Numbered from the stretch's first letter, positions 1-11,309 are shown. The stretch: DNA of 39,110 bases from Kofleriaceae bacterium (GCA_046597055.1 JBKJLC010000055.1:1-39110); one strand, 5' to 3'. Numbers and translations: made by a program. Notes: generated by a model from the sequence alone, not told the origin.

Positions 1-1
1 T

Positions 2-826
2 CCGTTCGTGACGCTGAACTGCGCCGCGCTGCCGGAGGCGCTGATCGAGAGCGAGCTGTTCGGCCACGAGCGCGGCGCGTTCACCGGCGCCGTCGCCGCC
101 AAGCCCGGGCTGTTCGAAACCGCCCGCGGCGGGACCGTGTTCCTCGACGAGATCGGTGAGCTGCCGCTCGCCGCGCAGGCCAAGCTGCTCCGCGCCGTCG
201 AGACCCGCCGGGTGACGCGCGTCGGCGGCCTGGCCGAGCACGAGATCGACATCCGCCTGGTCGCGGCGACCCATCGCGACCTCGACGCCGACGTCGCGGC
301 CGGCCGGTTCCGCCGCGACCTGATGTTCCGCATCGGGCAGGCGACCGTGGTGTTGCCACCACTTCGCGATCGCCCGCGCGAGCTCGCGCTGCTCGCCCGC
401 AGCTTCCTCGAGCAGGCGTGCCGTGCCGCCGGCCGCACGCCGCTGCACGTGTCGGCCTCCGCGCTGCACAAGCTGGCGCGCTACGACTGGCCCGGCAACG
501 TCCGCGAGCTGAAGAACGTGATGGAGGTCGCCGCCGCGACGGTGCCGGAGGACACCCTCGACCCCTGGCACCTGCCCGAGCGGATCACCGGCGCGCACGG
601 GGCGCCCGCGCCCGCGGCCGCGCCGCCGGCCGCGGCCGCGATCGAGCCGACGTTCAGCCCGCTCGCCGACGAGATCCGCGATCTCGAGCGGCGCCGGATG
701 GCCGAGGCGCTGGGCGCCACCCGCGGCAATCGCACGCGCGCCGCCGACCTGCTCAAGATGCCGCTGCGGACGTTCCTGCTGCGCATCAAGCAATACGATC
801 TCACCGAGGTCGGCCGCGACCCGTGA
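2..826 (+). CDS. sigma54-dependent transcriptional activator (bacterial enhancer-binding protein), AAA+ and Fis-type HTH, 5' truncated
   Basis: Frame open from the window edge (PFVTLNCAA...); [15 protein letters not shown], Walker [27 protein letters not shown] and C-terminal [20 protein letters not shown]. The N-terminal sensor domain lies outside the window. Confidence 0.96.
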   Translation, partial: PFVTLNCAALPEALIESELFGHERGAFTGAVAAKPGLFETARGGTVFLDEIGELPLAAQAKLLRAVETRRVTRVGGLAEHEIDIRLVAATHRDLDADVAAGRFRRDLMFRIGQATVVLPPLRDRPRELALLARSFLEQACRAAGRTPLHVSASALHKLARYDWPGNVRELKNVMEVAAATVPEDTLDPWHLPERITGAHGAPAPAAAPPAAAAIEPTFSPLADEIRDLERRRMAEALGATRGNRTRAADLLKMPLRTFLLRIKQYDLTEVGRDP

Positions 827-3800
827 CCGACGCCGGCTCGCCCCGCGCCGCGGCCTTCACGCCGCCGGAGATCTTCGACGACTTCCGGATGATCCGCTTG
901 CTCGGCCGCGGCGCGATGGGCGAGGTCTGGCTGGGCCATGATCGCCGGCTCGATCGCCCGGTCGCGGTGAAGTTCATCAGCGGCATCCCCGGCGACGTCG
1001 AGCGCGCCCGCTTCCTCGTCGAGGCGCGCGCGATCGCCCGGCTGTCCCACCCGAACGTCGTCACGATCTTCCGCGCCGGCGAGATCCTGCGCCACCCCTA
1101 CCTCGTCTCCGAGCTGATCGTCGGCACGAGCCTCGCCGAGCTGCCCCGGCCGGTCGCGCCCGAGCGCCTGCTGCCGATCGCCGTCGGCCTCGCGCGCGGG
1201 CTGGCCGCGGCGCACCGCCGCGGCGTCCTCCACCGCGACATCAAGCCCGCCAACGTGATCCTCGCGGACGACGGCGACGTGAAGCTGCTCGACTTCGGCG
1301 TCGCCAAGCTGATCGATGCCTCGGAGGTCGGCGCCCCACCGGCGCCGGCGGCCGCCGAGGCGCGACCGATCACGGCGGCGCCCGGCCGTGACCCCGACGC
1401 CACGGCGCCGACCGCCCACGACGGCGACACCACGCCCGCCGCCGCCGGCGGGCTGCTGCGCCGCCCGCGCCACGACCCGTCGGTGGTCGCGTCAGGCGAC
1501 GACGGCGCCGTCGGCACGCCGCGCTACATGGCGCCCGAGCTCTGGCGTGGCGAACCGGCCAGCCGCCGCTGCGACATCTACTCGCTGGGCATGCTGCTCT
1601 ACGAGCTGGCCGCCGGCCGGGTGCCCGACGCCGACGTCGGGCTGGCCGACCTGCCGTCGCACCGCCTCACCCAGGAGACGCCGCCGCTCGCCAGCGTCGC
1701 CCCGGCGATCGATCGGCGCTTCGCCGCCATCGTCGACCGCTGCGTCCGCCGCGCTCCGGCGGCGCGCTTCGCCACCGGCGACGAGCTCCGGGACGTGCTG
1801 GAGGCGCTCGTGGAGGAGTCGCAGCCGCGGGGCGAGCTTCCGGCCGGCAATCCGTACCGCGGCCTGCAGCGGTTCGAGGCCGAGCACCGCCGGCTGTTCT
1901 TCGGGCGAGACGCCGACGTGCGAACGCTCGTCGACCGCGTGCGCACCGATCCACTGGTGATCGTTGCCGGCGACTCGGGGGTCGGCAAGTCGTCGCTCTG
2001 TCTCGCCGGTGTGTTACCGGTCTTCGAGGACGCCGGCTGGGCGATCGCGCGGCTGACGCCCGGACGTCAGCCGCTGGCGGCGCTCGCCGCCGCGCTCGCG
2101 CCGTTCGCGGGCGACGAGGGTGGCGAGCGTGGGCTCATCGAGCGCATCGCGGCAGACCCCGGCCACCTCGCGCGCACGCTGCGCCAGCGCGCGGGCGGAC
2201 GCCAACGCACGATCGTCTTCGTCGACCAGCTCGAGGAGCTGTGCACGCTCGCGGGCGCCGACGAGGCCGCCCAGGTCGGGGAGGCGCTGGCCGCCCTCGC
2301 CCTCCCGACCGGTGGCGTCCGGCTGCTCGCCACGGTGCGCAGCGACTTCCTCGGCCAGCTCGCGGGCGTGCCCGGGCTCGGCGTCGAGGTCGCGCCCGCC
2401 CTCGCTTTGGTGCGGCCATTGACCGTCGACGGCCTGCGCGAGGCGGTGGTCGGCCCGGCGCGCGCCCGCCGGTTCCAGTTCGAGTCCGCGGCGCTCATCG
2501 ACACCCTGGTCGACAGCGCAGCGCGCGCGCAGGTCGGCCTGCCGCTGCTGTCGTTCGCCCTCGCCGAGCTGTGGGAGACCCGAGACGAGGCGAGCCGGAC
2601 GATCCCCGCCGCCGCGCTCGATCGCATCGGTGGCGTCGGCGGTGCGCTGGCCCGCCACGCCGACGCGGTGATCGGCGCGCTGCGGCCCGCCGAGCGGGTC
2701 GCGGTCCGCCGCATCCTCGCCCAGCTCGTGACGCCGGCCGGGACCCGCGCGCGCCGGAGCCTGACCGAGCTGGTCGCTGCCGACGATCACGCCGCGCGCG
2801 CCGGCCTCGAGGCGCTGGTCCGCGGTCGGCTGGTGGTAATGACCACCGACGGCGAGGCCGACGGTGGCGACGGCGACGGCGCCTACCAGATCGCCCACGA
2901 GGCGCTGCTCGACGGCTGGGACACGCTGCGCGAGTGGATCTCGCGGGGCGCCGAGCGACGCGCGGCCGCGCAGCGGGTCGAGCGGGCCGCCCACGAGTGG
3001 GAGCGCCTCGGCCGCCGCCCCGACGGACTTTGGAGCGCGCGCCAGCTCGCTGACGTCACGGTGGTCGATCCGGACCAGCTCGGTCCCCGCGAGCGCGCCT
3101 TCCTCGCGGCGTCGCGGCGCGTGGTGGGGCGTGGCCGCTGGCTGCGGCGGTTCGCGATCGCCGCGGTGCCGGTGACGCTCGCGCTGACCTATGGCGGCTG
3201 GCGCCTCGCCGAGCGCCGCGAACTCGATCACCGCGTCGCGCTCCGGCTCACCGCGGCGCGCGCCACCCTCGACGAGGCGCGCGCCGCCGACGCGCACGCC
3301 GACGCCCTGCGCCAGATCGCCTTCGCGCGCTACGACGCCCGCGATCGGACCGGCGGCGATCGGGGGTGGGACGACGTCCGCGCCGCTAGCCTCGACGTCG
3401 ATCGCCTGTTCACCCAGACCTCGCGCGCGCTCGATGACGCCCTCGAGCTCGCCCCGTCGCGCGCCGGGCTCCGCGACCTGCAATGCGACGTGCTCTACGA
3501 GCGCGCGCTGATCGCCGAGCGCGAGCACCACGCCGAGCGGGTCGCCGACCTCGTCGATCGCCTGGCGACCTGCGACGCCGGCGGCGAGCGCCGCCGGCGA
3601 TGGGCGGCCCCGGCCCGCCTGACGGTCGTCACCACGCCGGCCGCCACCGTCGAGGTCGAACGCTACCTGCCCAGCGGCCGCAAGCTGGTCGCGCGGCCCC
3701 ACGCGCGCGGCGCTGGCACGCCGTTCGCCGTCAGCGCGGCGCCCGGCTCGTACCTGCTGATCGTCAGCGCCCAGGGCCACGCCACCGTGCGCCTGCCGCT

Positions 3801-4692
3801 GCTCCTGCGCCGCGGCGAGACGCGCACCGAGCGCATCGTCCTGCCGCGCGCCAGCGACGTCCCCGCCGGGTTCGTCTACGTGCCCGCCGGTCGCTTCCTG
3901 TACGGCAGCGCCGACAGCGACGAGGAGCTGCGGCGCACCTTCTTCAACACGGTGCCCCTGCACGAGCTCGCGAGCCCGGCGTATCTCATCGGGCGCCACG
4001 AGGTCACTCTCGGCGACTGGATCGCCTGGCTGGAGGTCCTGCCCGCGGCCGAGCGCGCGGAGCGCATGCCGCGCGCGGGCGTCCAGGCCCACCGGGCGGG
4101 CGCCGAGTTCGGCCTGACCGAGCAACCCCACGGACGCTGGCGCTTTCGATTCCGGCGCGCCGACCACGTGTACGAGGCGCTCGACGGCGAGCCGATCCGC
4201 TACCTCGAGCGCACCGTCCGCGTGGCGCAGGACTGGCGCCGGTTCCCGGTCGCCGGCATCTCCAACGAGGACGCGGTCGCGTACGCGGCGTGGCTGGCGG
4301 CGAGCGGCCGCGTCCCGGGCGCGCGGTTGTGCACCGACCACGAGTGGGAGCGGGCCGCGCGCGGCGCCGACGGGCGCAGGTTTCCCAGCGGCGAGCACCT
4401 CGATCCCGACGATGCCAACTTCGACGAGACCTACGGCCGCCAGCCGCTCGCGTTCGGTCCCGACGAGGTCGGCTCGCATCCCGCGTCGCGCAGCCCGGTC
4501 GGCGTCGACGATCTCGCCGGCAACGTCTGGGAGCGGGTGCGCTCGGTCGAGGCCGACGATCAGCTCGTCCAGCGCGGCGGCGCCTGGTACATCCTCCAGT
4601 TCGCCGCGCGCGCGATGAACCGCGAGCTCGGCGAGCCGGGCCTGCGCGACCCGCTGATCGGCGTGCGCGTGTGCGCGACCCCGCGGTCCTGA
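823..4692 (+). CDS. Ser/Thr protein kinase fused to STAND (nSTAND1-like) NTPase, TM helix and C-terminal FGE-sulfatase-like domain (~1289 aa)
   Basis: GTG at 823 overlaps the upstream TGA (GTGA). Kinase motifs [44 protein letters not shown] then Walker [10 protein letters not shown] and Walker [10 protein letters not shown]; hydrophobic [22 protein letters not shown]-like [39 protein letters not shown]. Confidence 0.92.
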   Translation: MTDAGSPRAAAFTPPEIFDDFRMIRLLGRGAMGEVWLGHDRRLDRPVAVKFISGIPGDVERARFLVEARAIARLSHPNVVTIFRAGEILRHPYLVSELIVGTSLAELPRPVAPERLLPIAVGLARGLAAAHRRGVLHRDIKPANVILADDGDVKLLDFGVAKLIDASEVGAPPAPAAAEARPITAAPGRDPDATAPTAHDGDTTPAAAGGLLRRPRHDPSVVASGDDGAVGTPRYMAPELWRGEPASRRCDIYSLGMLLYELAAGRVPDADVGLADLPSHRLTQETPPLASVAPAIDRRFAAIVDRCVRRAPAARFATGDELRDVLEALVEESQPRGELPAGNPYRGLQRFEAEHRRLFFGRDADVRTLVDRVRTDPLVIVAGDSGVGKSSLCLAGVLPVFEDAGWAIARLTPGRQPLAALAAALAPFAGDEGGERGLIERIAADPGHLARTLRQRAGGRQRTIVFVDQLEELCTLAGADEAAQVGEALAALALPTGGVRLLATVRSDFLGQLAGVPGLGVEVAPALALVRPLTVDGLREAVVGPARARRFQFESAALIDTLVDSAARAQVGLPLLSFALAELWETRDEASRTIPAAALDRIGGVGGALARHADAVIGALRPAERVAVRRILAQLVTPAGTRARRSLTELVAADDHAARAGLEALVRGRLVVMTTDGEADGGDGDGAYQIAHEALLDGWDTLREWISRGAERRAAAQRVERAAHEWERLGRRPDGLWSARQLADVTVVDPDQLGPRERAFLAASRRVVGRGRWLRRFAIAAVPVTLALTYGGWRLAERRELDHRVALRLTAARATLDEARAADAHADALRQIAFARYDARDRTGGDRGWDDVRAASLDVDRLFTQTSRALDDALELAPSRAGLRDLQCDVLYERALIAEREHHAERVADLVDRLATCDAGGERRRRWAAPARLTVVTTPAATVEVERYLPSGRKLVARPHARGAGTPFAVSAAPGSYLLIVSAQGHATVRLPLLLRRGETRTERIVLPRASDVPAGFVYVPAGRFLYGSADSDEELRRTFFNTVPLHELASPAYLIGRHEVTLGDWIAWLEVLPAAERAERMPRAGVQAHRAGAEFGLTEQPHGRWRFRFRRADHVYEALDGEPIRYLERTVRVAQDWRRFPVAGISNEDAVAYAAWLAASGRVPGARLCTDHEWERAARGADGRRFPSGEHLDPDDANFDETYGRQPLAFGPDEVGSHPASRSPVGVDDLAGNVWERVRSVEADDQLVQRGGAWYILQFAARAMNRELGEPGLRDPLIGVRVCATPRS

Positions 4693-4736
4693 CGGCCGCG
4701 ATGCCTCGATCGTTGGCGTGCCGCTGCCGGGTCAGG

Positions 4737-7700
4737 TCACAGGACCTCCGGCACCTCGACGCAACCGCGCTGCGGCCGTGGCCGTACCGGCTCGGGCGCA
4801 GGCTGGGGCCGCCGCCGGTGACGAGACCGCGACTTGGGTGACGAGGCCTTCGGCACCAGCGGTCCCTGCGCCTCGCTGATGTGCTTCATCGTGGCCGCGA
4901 TCTGGTCGTAGGGATCTTGCGCGTCCGGTTCCACGCGAGACGAGGGCTTCGGCGCGCTCGAGTCGGTCGGCACGACCGGGACCGCCTGGAAGATCGGGTG
5001 GTTCATCACCTCGATCCCAGCGACGGCGATGTCGTGGAAGACCGTCTGCGTGGTCCGGACCACCGGCGTGACGAGATACTCGTCGATCTCTTTCACCGCG
5101 TGCTCGCCGAGGACGAGCGGGGCGATGATGATCGGCGCCTGCACGAGCCAGTTGAACCGCACCATCAGCATCGGCACGCTGTCGCCCTTCTGGGGCGTGA
5201 TGAAGCTGATCATGAAGCGCGTGGCCGGGTACGGATCGTGGTGATCGGTCAGCACCAGCTCCCAATCCGCTTCGTCCTGCTTCTCCGGCTCGCGGCCGTC
5301 GGGGTCGTAGTAGGTGAGCGGGTTGTTCAGTGAGAATGCGTAGAGGTTCCCGCGCTGCGGCTCGGTCCAGGCGGCGTCGGGCGCGAAGCGGTACTTGGGA
5401 TCGGCCGCGGTCCAGCGCAGGAGCACCGGGTCGTACGACCGATAGCCGTAGGCGCGCAGGCCGCTGACGACGTCGGACTCCTTGCCGTTGAACTCGCGGC
5501 GATGCGTGGCCGCGCCGGTCGAGGCCACGACCTCGCCGAATCCGCCGTAGAGGAACGACGAGGTCACGGCGCTGCTCGGTGACAGGGTCACCATCAGGTT
5601 CTGCAACGCGTCGGCGTACTGCAGCTCGATCGCCGTGTGGTCCTCGACGCGGGCGAGCGGCTCGCCCGACGCGATGTGGTGCCAGCGCACCGTCTGTGCG
5701 CCGCCTGCCGCGTAGTGGGTCTCGCTCTCGGCGAACCACAGCTTCACGCCGCTGCCGCCGATCGCGGCGATGCGCTCACCGCCGGGGCCGAAGTAGTACG
5801 TCTCGGTGCCCTCTGGTCCGGACACCTGACGGATCAGATCGTCTCCGTCGGAGGTGAGCTGCCACGTCGACGCGCCGATCGTGCGCTGGGTCAGGTTGCC
5901 GGCCGCGTCGTAGGCGAGTTGCGCGAAGGGGGTGCCGTCGGGCGCGACCAGGCGATCGACGGCGTGGGGATCGATCGCGCCGTACTGGTAGCTCACGTCG
6001 CGCGTCGGTGCGTCGACGGCACCGCTGACCGTCGCGTGGGCGACGTTGCCGGAGGGCGAGTAGGTCAGCGAGGCGTTGTACGCGCCGGGCCCGGCCGCGT
6101 GCGCGAGCCGGCCGCGGCCGTCGTACTCGAAGTCGGCATCGGCGGTGACGCTGGCGACGGTGCCCTGCACCGCGCCGAGCCGGCCGAAGCCGTCGTACCC
6201 GTAGTTGCGCTCGGCGAAGGTCGCGACCGGCGCGCTCGTCTTCCAGGTGCGATCGTGGGTCACGCGGCCGAGCACGTCGTAGGTCCAGTCACGCCGCTGG
6301 TTGTAGACGTTCGTCCGGGACAGTGGCTGGCCGAGCACGCCTCGCGTGTAGGTCGCGAGGTTCTTGTAGCCGGCGGCGGGATCGGCCCAGCTCACCGACG
6401 CGACCAGGCCGCGACTGTCGTAGGCGGTGCGCCAGCTGGTGCCGTCGTCCCAGGTGACGTCGAGTGGCGCGCCGAGCGCATCGTACGTGCGGTCGACGTA
6501 CTGGGTCGCGGTGACGGCAACGCCGCTCGCGGCGGTCGACACCACGCGCTGCTCGCGCTTGAGCCGGCCCCGCACGTCGTACGTGTAGTCGAACGTCCCG
6601 AACGGCAGCGTCACGCGCGACGGTGCGCCGGTCGCGTTGGCGCCGCCGTCATAGGTCGTCGTGATCGGTCCGATACCGAGCAGGGTTCGCTGCGCGGGCG
6701 TCAGCGTGCGTGGCGCCGGCGTGTGGATCCGCGCCCGATCGAGATCGTCATACGTCGTCGTGGAGACGTACTTGGCCGGATCGCCGCCCGCGGGCACCGG
6801 CGATCGCTGCGACGTCAGGTTGCCGTTCATGTCATAGCCGTAGGTCCAGGTTCGCGTGCCGCGGGTCATCTGGCTGCGCCGGCCGGCCCAGTCGTACACG
6901 ATCGACGTGGTCGCGCCGTCGGCGTCGACGATCGACGTCATGCGATCGGCGACGTCGTAGGCGTAGCGCGTCACGTGATCGCCCGACGCGTCGGGCTCGT
7001 GGACCGCCGCGAGGCGGCCAAACCCGTCGTGCTCGAAGCGGGTCAGCGGGCCGAGGCCGTCGATGGGCGAGGACTCCTGCGACTCGACGTCGGCGCCCAG
7101 GTAGCCGACGAGCTGCATCGTCCCGTCGGGACGGGTGAACCGAGTCACGCGTCCGAGGCCGTCGCGATCGTACCTGGTGATCGCGCGCGCGGCGTTGCTG
7201 GCCGGTGATGGCGCGTCGATGGTGCGGAGCGCGCCGCCAGCGTCGTAGCTGTACTGCGTGGACGCGCCGGCCGGGCTGACCTCGGTGCGGCGCACCACAC
7301 GGCCGAGGCCGTCGAGCGCGTCGACCGTCGTGAGGCGCACCACGCCATCGAGATCGCGGGCTCGCTCGGTGCGGCGGGTGGTCGCGGCGCCGTCGACGTA
7401 GCCGAACCACTCGACCGGCGTGAGCACGTAGCCGTTGCCGGTGGCGGCATCGGTCGCGACGCGGTGCTCGACCACGCGGCCGAAGCCGTCGAGCTTCCAC
7501 TCCTCGGGGGCGTAGACGATGCACGGCGGGAGCACGCACCTGGTCGGGGTCCGCTTGTTGGGGCCCTCGCGGCGCGTCGTCACGCCGGTCGCGACGTCGT
7601 GCTTCTCGAAGACGACGTGCCCGAGCTCGTTCGTCGTGGTCGCCGGATACAGGCCAAAGGCGTCGTACGCTATCGTCGCCAGGTTGTTCGTCCCGTTGGC

Positions 7701-10700
7701 GAACTGGACCGGCCGCTTGATCGTCAGCACGTTCCCGGCGGCGTCGAAGGTGCGCTGGGTATGCGCGTACGTCGACGCGCCGGTGTGAGCGTAGCTGTGA
7801 GTCGGCAACCCCCGCGGATCGTAGGTGGTCGACTCGCGCGTCAGCGTGACCGTCGGGCCGTAGCTGCGCGTCTCGCGCTCGGTGAGCAGCAGCCGGTAGT
7901 CGGTGGCCGCATACGGTGCCTGGCCGACGCGCTCCTGGTAGACGCGGACGCTGATGCGGCGCTCCACGCCGCCCCAGCCGTTGTTCAGCTTCCGCTCGTC
8001 GGACGACTCGGTGTGTTCGTAGAGGAGCGGCTCCGTGCCGGCTCCGGTCCACGCGACCCAGGTCTCGCGCTGGGTGCGGCGCTGCTCGTTCTCGATCGCG
8101 CACTGGGCCTCGGTCGCGCCGGCGTCGCAGATCTGCGTGACCAGCCCGTTGCGGTAGGTGAAGCTGGCCTGCCCGCCGACCAGGGTGGCGCTTGTCCACG
8201 TCGAGGTCTCGACCTTCATCGGCGACCATCCGCCGCCGACGGCGACGTAGGTCCACTCGCTCGCGAGGTGGCCGCGGCCGTCGCGCGGCGCGACGTCGTA
8301 GGTGAAGGTATCGACGGTGCGGCTCGACGCATCGCCGGCCTGGCCGGAGCGATCGATGGTGACCGTCGCGTAGCCGCGGAACTGCGGCGCGTGCCCGTCG
8401 AGCGGGCTCTCGACGCCGAACACCGGCGCCCCGTAGCGATACGTGGTGCGCAGGTCGGGCTGCAGCGCGCCTGGCGTGGTGACGACCGAACGCACCACCC
8501 AGCGCGGATCGTTGCGCATCCCGGCGGAGGCCGTGACGACCGTCGGATCGGTCGACCGCGCGTAGGTGTAGCGAGTCACCGCGCCGCGCCCGTTGTCGAT
8601 CGACGCGAGCAGCCGGATCGGCGCCGCGCCGGCGGCATCGGTGTGCACGGTCGCGCGGCCGTCGCTGTCGAGCTCGACGAGATCGGGCTGGCCGTCGCCG
8701 GTGAGATCGAGGTAGTCGCTGGCGCGGTACCAGGCGCGCTGGTTGGTCGCATGCATCAGGCGCTCGACTGACTCCCACAGCGCGCCCCGGCTCGTCCAGC
8801 CGACGAAGAAGTCGCCGTTCAGCCGTCCCGCGTAGCGGCCCGACCCCAGCTGCGACACGCTGCCGCCCGCCGGAACCGTGGTCATCGCCAGCTCGGCGAG
8901 GCCATCGTCGTCGAGGTCGATCATCTGGATCGTATCGGCGTGCCAGCCGGGCTGGAGCGCCGGCACGCCGTTCCACGCCCCCTGCAGCTCGATGCGGCTC
9001 TGGCCGACCATGGCTCCGACGCCGAGCAGCCGCAGGGCCGAGAACGAGCCGGCCTGATTGTAGGAGACCGCGAGCTCGGAGCCGCTGCCGTTAGGTGTGG
9101 TGGTCAGGATGTCGAGCAAACCGTCGCCGTCGACGTCGAGCCAGGTCAGCGCGGCGTTGACGAGCACCGGCGCCGCACCGGCCGGCGACACCGTGCCGAC
9201 CGACTGCGTCCACGTCGCCTTCGGCCAGAGCGTGAAGTCGGGCTCGAAGGACCCCGCCGCGGTGCCGCGCCAGACGCGGAACGCGGTCGCGCTGCCGACG
9301 TTGCCCTCGCTGGGCGGGAGCTCGATCATGTCGAGGCGGCCGTCGCCGTCGATGTCGACCAGATTCGAGAGGGACATCGAGCCGTTCGCCGGCGCGGTCA
9401 GGAGCTTCCCGGTCGGCGGCAGCGGCCGCGGCGGATCCGCGATCACCACGTCCGGCGCCATCGCCCCGACGAAGTCGCTGAAGCCCGCGCCGTGGTTGTA
9501 GTAGACGCGGATCACGTCCCGATCCTCGGGCTCGGGCAGGTTCATCGTGCAGTGCGGCCCGGTGCCAGGGTCCCCACCCGGCGGACCTCCGCCGCCGCCA
9601 CCCGGCCAGTCGTGGCACGACTCGTAGTCCGAGCACGCGTAGACGCACTGGCCCGATGCCGGATCGTAGGCTTGGCCGGCAGAGCACTCGACGCGGCACG
9701 AGCCATCGCTCTCCTGGGTCGTCCCGGTCGGGCAGGTGCAGCCCGGGGCGTTCGATCCGTTGCAAGGGCCCGGCGCGGGGTCGGTCTCTTCATCCTGAAA
9801 CCAGCCGACGATCGGCTCGAAGTCGCGCTCGCCGCGCGCGAAGCCGCCCTGCCAGATCCAGGTGACGAGATCGAGATCGCCGTCGTGATCCCAGTCGACG
9901 AAGCGGTAGTTGACCTCGATCTTGTCGAACCAGCACGCCGGTGTCGGCGCGTTGTCGTGACCACCGCCCCACGACGCGACCTGACCGTCGAGCGTGCAAC
10001 TGTCGCCCTCGGCGGGGCCGGGCCGCGGCTCTCCGACCACGGCGGCGGGATGCGACCACGGCGCCGACGGCAGCTCCATCACATCCTCTCTGACGGCGAA
10101 GCCGCCGCCGAAGACGCCGCGCCGGACCACCAGGCGGCACCGGCTCGCGCCGGGCGCGGGCATCGCGGCGCGCACCTGGTCGTTGATGCCGTCGCCGTCG
10201 AGATCCATGAGCTGGGCCTCGGGGCCGCGATCGGTGCCGCGCTCGCCGAGGCCACCGAGCCACGGGCTCATGATGGTGCCGGGGCTGAACGTGTGCGACA
10301 GGTCGCGCTGCGTGGGGCCGTAGCCGAAGGTCACTGCGGGCGCCGTCGTCGCGGCGCCGAGGGCGTCGTACCCGGTGGTGACGAGCTGGCGGAGGTAGCG
10401 CAGCGGCGGCCGATCGTTGGTGCACGCGAGCTCGGCGAGATCGTAGCGCGGCTGGTACTCGCGCGTGCGCCGCCAGTTCCCGCCGGCGACGTCGCGCACC
10501 TTGACGGTGACCAGCTTCAGCCGCTGGCTCCCGCGCACGACCGCGCGGCCGGTGTGGTGATCGAGCTGCGAGCCGATCGGCAGCGCGCCGCTGGCGCAGT
10601 ACTCCGGGTTCTCGTAGGCGAGCTCGACGCGCGCGTGGGCGGTGAGGCTCGCGCTCGGGTTCGACGAGTACTCGATGGTCACCAGGCTATACGCGGCGCC

Positions 10701-11309
10701 GGCGCCGTACAGCGTTCGCACCCACGTGTAATTGACGGTGTTCCCGAACGCGTCGCGCTCGCTGGTGAGCTGCCAGTTGGCGACGCCGTCGCTGGCGTAC
10801 GGCAGGTTCGCGAACGTCTGGATCACGCCGTCCGGCGTGCTGACCGTCCACGTGCCAGCCGACAGCCCGAGCCGCGTCATGCCCTCGTCGAACACCGGCC
10901 GGTAGCGCGTGCCGGTGCCGAGATCGCCCGGCGTCCGGACCAGCAGCTCGCCGCCGTAGCGGTACGCGACGTTGCCGCTGCTGTCGCTCGCGGGATCGCG
11001 CTCGATGGTCGGCAGGCCACCGAGGGTCCAGCCCGCGGCGAGGTCGCCGCGCAGCGGCGCGCTGGACGAGTAGTCGAACGAGAGGTGCGGCGCCATTCCA
11101 TGGCGGGGGGGCGGCAGCTCCAGCGGATAGGAATACGTGGCCGCGCCCTGCTGGGCCGAGACGCCGCCGTCGCCGCCGACCTCGACGCCTTCGGGCGCCT
11201 TGGTGTCGCGACTCGGCAGCGCGCGGGAGAATGGATCGCTGGGGTTGGCCAGCGCGAGCGGGGCGAACCCGAGCGCGAGGCCGAGGGACAGGCCCACGAG
11301 ATGACGCAT
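4737..11309 (-). CDS. secreted RHS/YD-repeat protein with SpvB-like N-terminus, FG-GAP/VCBS repeats and RHS core (TcB-TcC fusion-like, 2190 aa)
   Basis: Sec signal MRHLVGLSLGLALGFAPLALA; SpvB-like GAATYSYPLELPP..P.LSFDYSS..GWTL; six DxDxDG-type motifs; many YD repeats; RHS core REFNGKESD..YGYRSYDP..RWTAADP..NLYAFSLNNPLTYYDPDG followed by a ~184 aa tail. Confidence 0.92.
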   Translation of the reverse strand: MRHLVGLSLGLALGFAPLALANPSDPFSRALPSRDTKAPEGVEVGGDGGVSAQQGAATYSYPLELPPPRHGMAPHLSFDYSSSAPLRGDLAAGWTLGGLPTIERDPASDSSGNVAYRYGGELLVRTPGDLGTGTRYRPVFDEGMTRLGLSAGTWTVSTPDGVIQTFANLPYASDGVANWQLTSERDAFGNTVNYTWVRTLYGAGAAYSLVTIEYSSNPSASLTAHARVELAYENPEYCASGALPIGSQLDHHTGRAVVRGSQRLKLVTVKVRDVAGGNWRRTREYQPRYDLAELACTNDRPPLRYLRQLVTTGYDALGAATTAPAVTFGYGPTQRDLSHTFSPGTIMSPWLGGLGERGTDRGPEAQLMDLDGDGINDQVRAAMPAPGASRCRLVVRRGVFGGGFAVREDVMELPSAPWSHPAAVVGEPRPGPAEGDSCTLDGQVASWGGGHDNAPTPACWFDKIEVNYRFVDWDHDGDLDLVTWIWQGGFARGERDFEPIVGWFQDEETDPAPGPCNGSNAPGCTCPTGTTQESDGSCRVECSAGQAYDPASGQCVYACSDYESCHDWPGGGGGGPPGGDPGTGPHCTMNLPEPEDRDVIRVYYNHGAGFSDFVGAMAPDVVIADPPRPLPPTGKLLTAPANGSMSLSNLVDIDGDGRLDMIELPPSEGNVGSATAFRVWRGTAAGSFEPDFTLWPKATWTQSVGTVSPAGAAPVLVNAALTWLDVDGDGLLDILTTTPNGSGSELAVSYNQAGSFSALRLLGVGAMVGQSRIELQGAWNGVPALQPGWHADTIQMIDLDDDGLAELAMTTVPAGGSVSQLGSGRYAGRLNGDFFVGWTSRGALWESVERLMHATNQRAWYRASDYLDLTGDGQPDLVELDSDGRATVHTDAAGAAPIRLLASIDNGRGAVTRYTYARSTDPTVVTASAGMRNDPRWVVRSVVTTPGALQPDLRTTYRYGAPVFGVESPLDGHAPQFRGYATVTIDRSGQAGDASSRTVDTFTYDVAPRDGRGHLASEWTYVAVGGGWSPMKVETSTWTSATLVGGQASFTYRNGLVTQICDAGATEAQCAIENEQRRTQRETWVAWTGAGTEPLLYEHTESSDERKLNNGWGGVERRISVRVYQERVGQAPYAATDYRLLLTERETRSYGPTVTLTRESTTYDPRGLPTHSYAHTGASTYAHTQRTFDAAGNVLTIKRPVQFANGTNNLATIAYDAFGLYPATTTNELGHVVFEKHDVATGVTTRREGPNKRTPTRCVLPPCIVYAPEEWKLDGFGRVVEHRVATDAATGNGYVLTPVEWFGYVDGAATTRRTERARDLDGVVRLTTVDALDGLGRVVRRTEVSPAGASTQYSYDAGGALRTIDAPSPASNAARAITRYDRDGLGRVTRFTRPDGTMQLVGYLGADVESQESSPIDGLGPLTRFEHDGFGRLAAVHEPDASGDHVTRYAYDVADRMTSIVDADGATTSIVYDWAGRRSQMTRGTRTWTYGYDMNGNLTSQRSPVPAGGDPAKYVSTTTYDDLDRARIHTPAPRTLTPAQRTLLGIGPITTTYDGGANATGAPSRVTLPFGTFDYTYDVRGRLKREQRVVSTAASGVAVTATQYVDRTYDALGAPLDVTWDDGTSWRTAYDSRGLVASVSWADPAAGYKNLATYTRGVLGQPLSRTNVYNQRRDWTYDVLGRVTHDRTWKTSAPVATFAERNYGYDGFGRLGAVQGTVASVTADADFEYDGRGRLAHAAGPGAYNASLTYSPSGNVAHATVSGAVDAPTRDVSYQYGAIDPHAVDRLVAPDGTPFAQLAYDAAGNLTQRTIGASTWQLTSDGDDLIRQVSGPEGTETYYFGPGGERIAAIGGSGVKLWFAESETHYAAGGAQTVRWHHIASGEPLARVEDHTAIELQYADALQNLMVTLSPSSAVTSSFLYGGFGEVVASTGAATHRREFNGKESDVVSGLRAYGYRSYDPVLLRWTAADPKYRFAPDAAWTEPQRGNLYAFSLNNPLTYYDPDGREPEKQDEADWELVLTDHHDPYPATRFMISFITPQKGDSVPMLMVRFNWLVQAPIIIAPLVLGEHAVKEIDEYLVTPVVRTTQTVFHDIAVAGIEVMNHPIFQAVPVVPTDSSAPKPSSRVEPDAQDPYDQIAATMKHISEAQGPLVPKASSPKSRSRHRRRPQPAPEPVRPRPQRGCVEVPEVL

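Noticed and set aside
418..822. Extended N-terminus of the kinase ORF in the ORF track
   Set aside because: Overlaps the sigma54 activator in another frame with Arg-rich noise; GTG 823 with GTGA coupling is the better start.
3850..4692. FGE/C-type-lectin-fold domain as the target of a diversity-generating retroelement
   Set aside because: No reverse transcriptase or template repeat is visible in the window.
4732..5739. Overlapping ORFs (4732-5739 minus, 4881-5333 plus) as an RHS immunity gene
   Set aside because: They lie almost wholly within the RHS coding region and have frame-noise composition.
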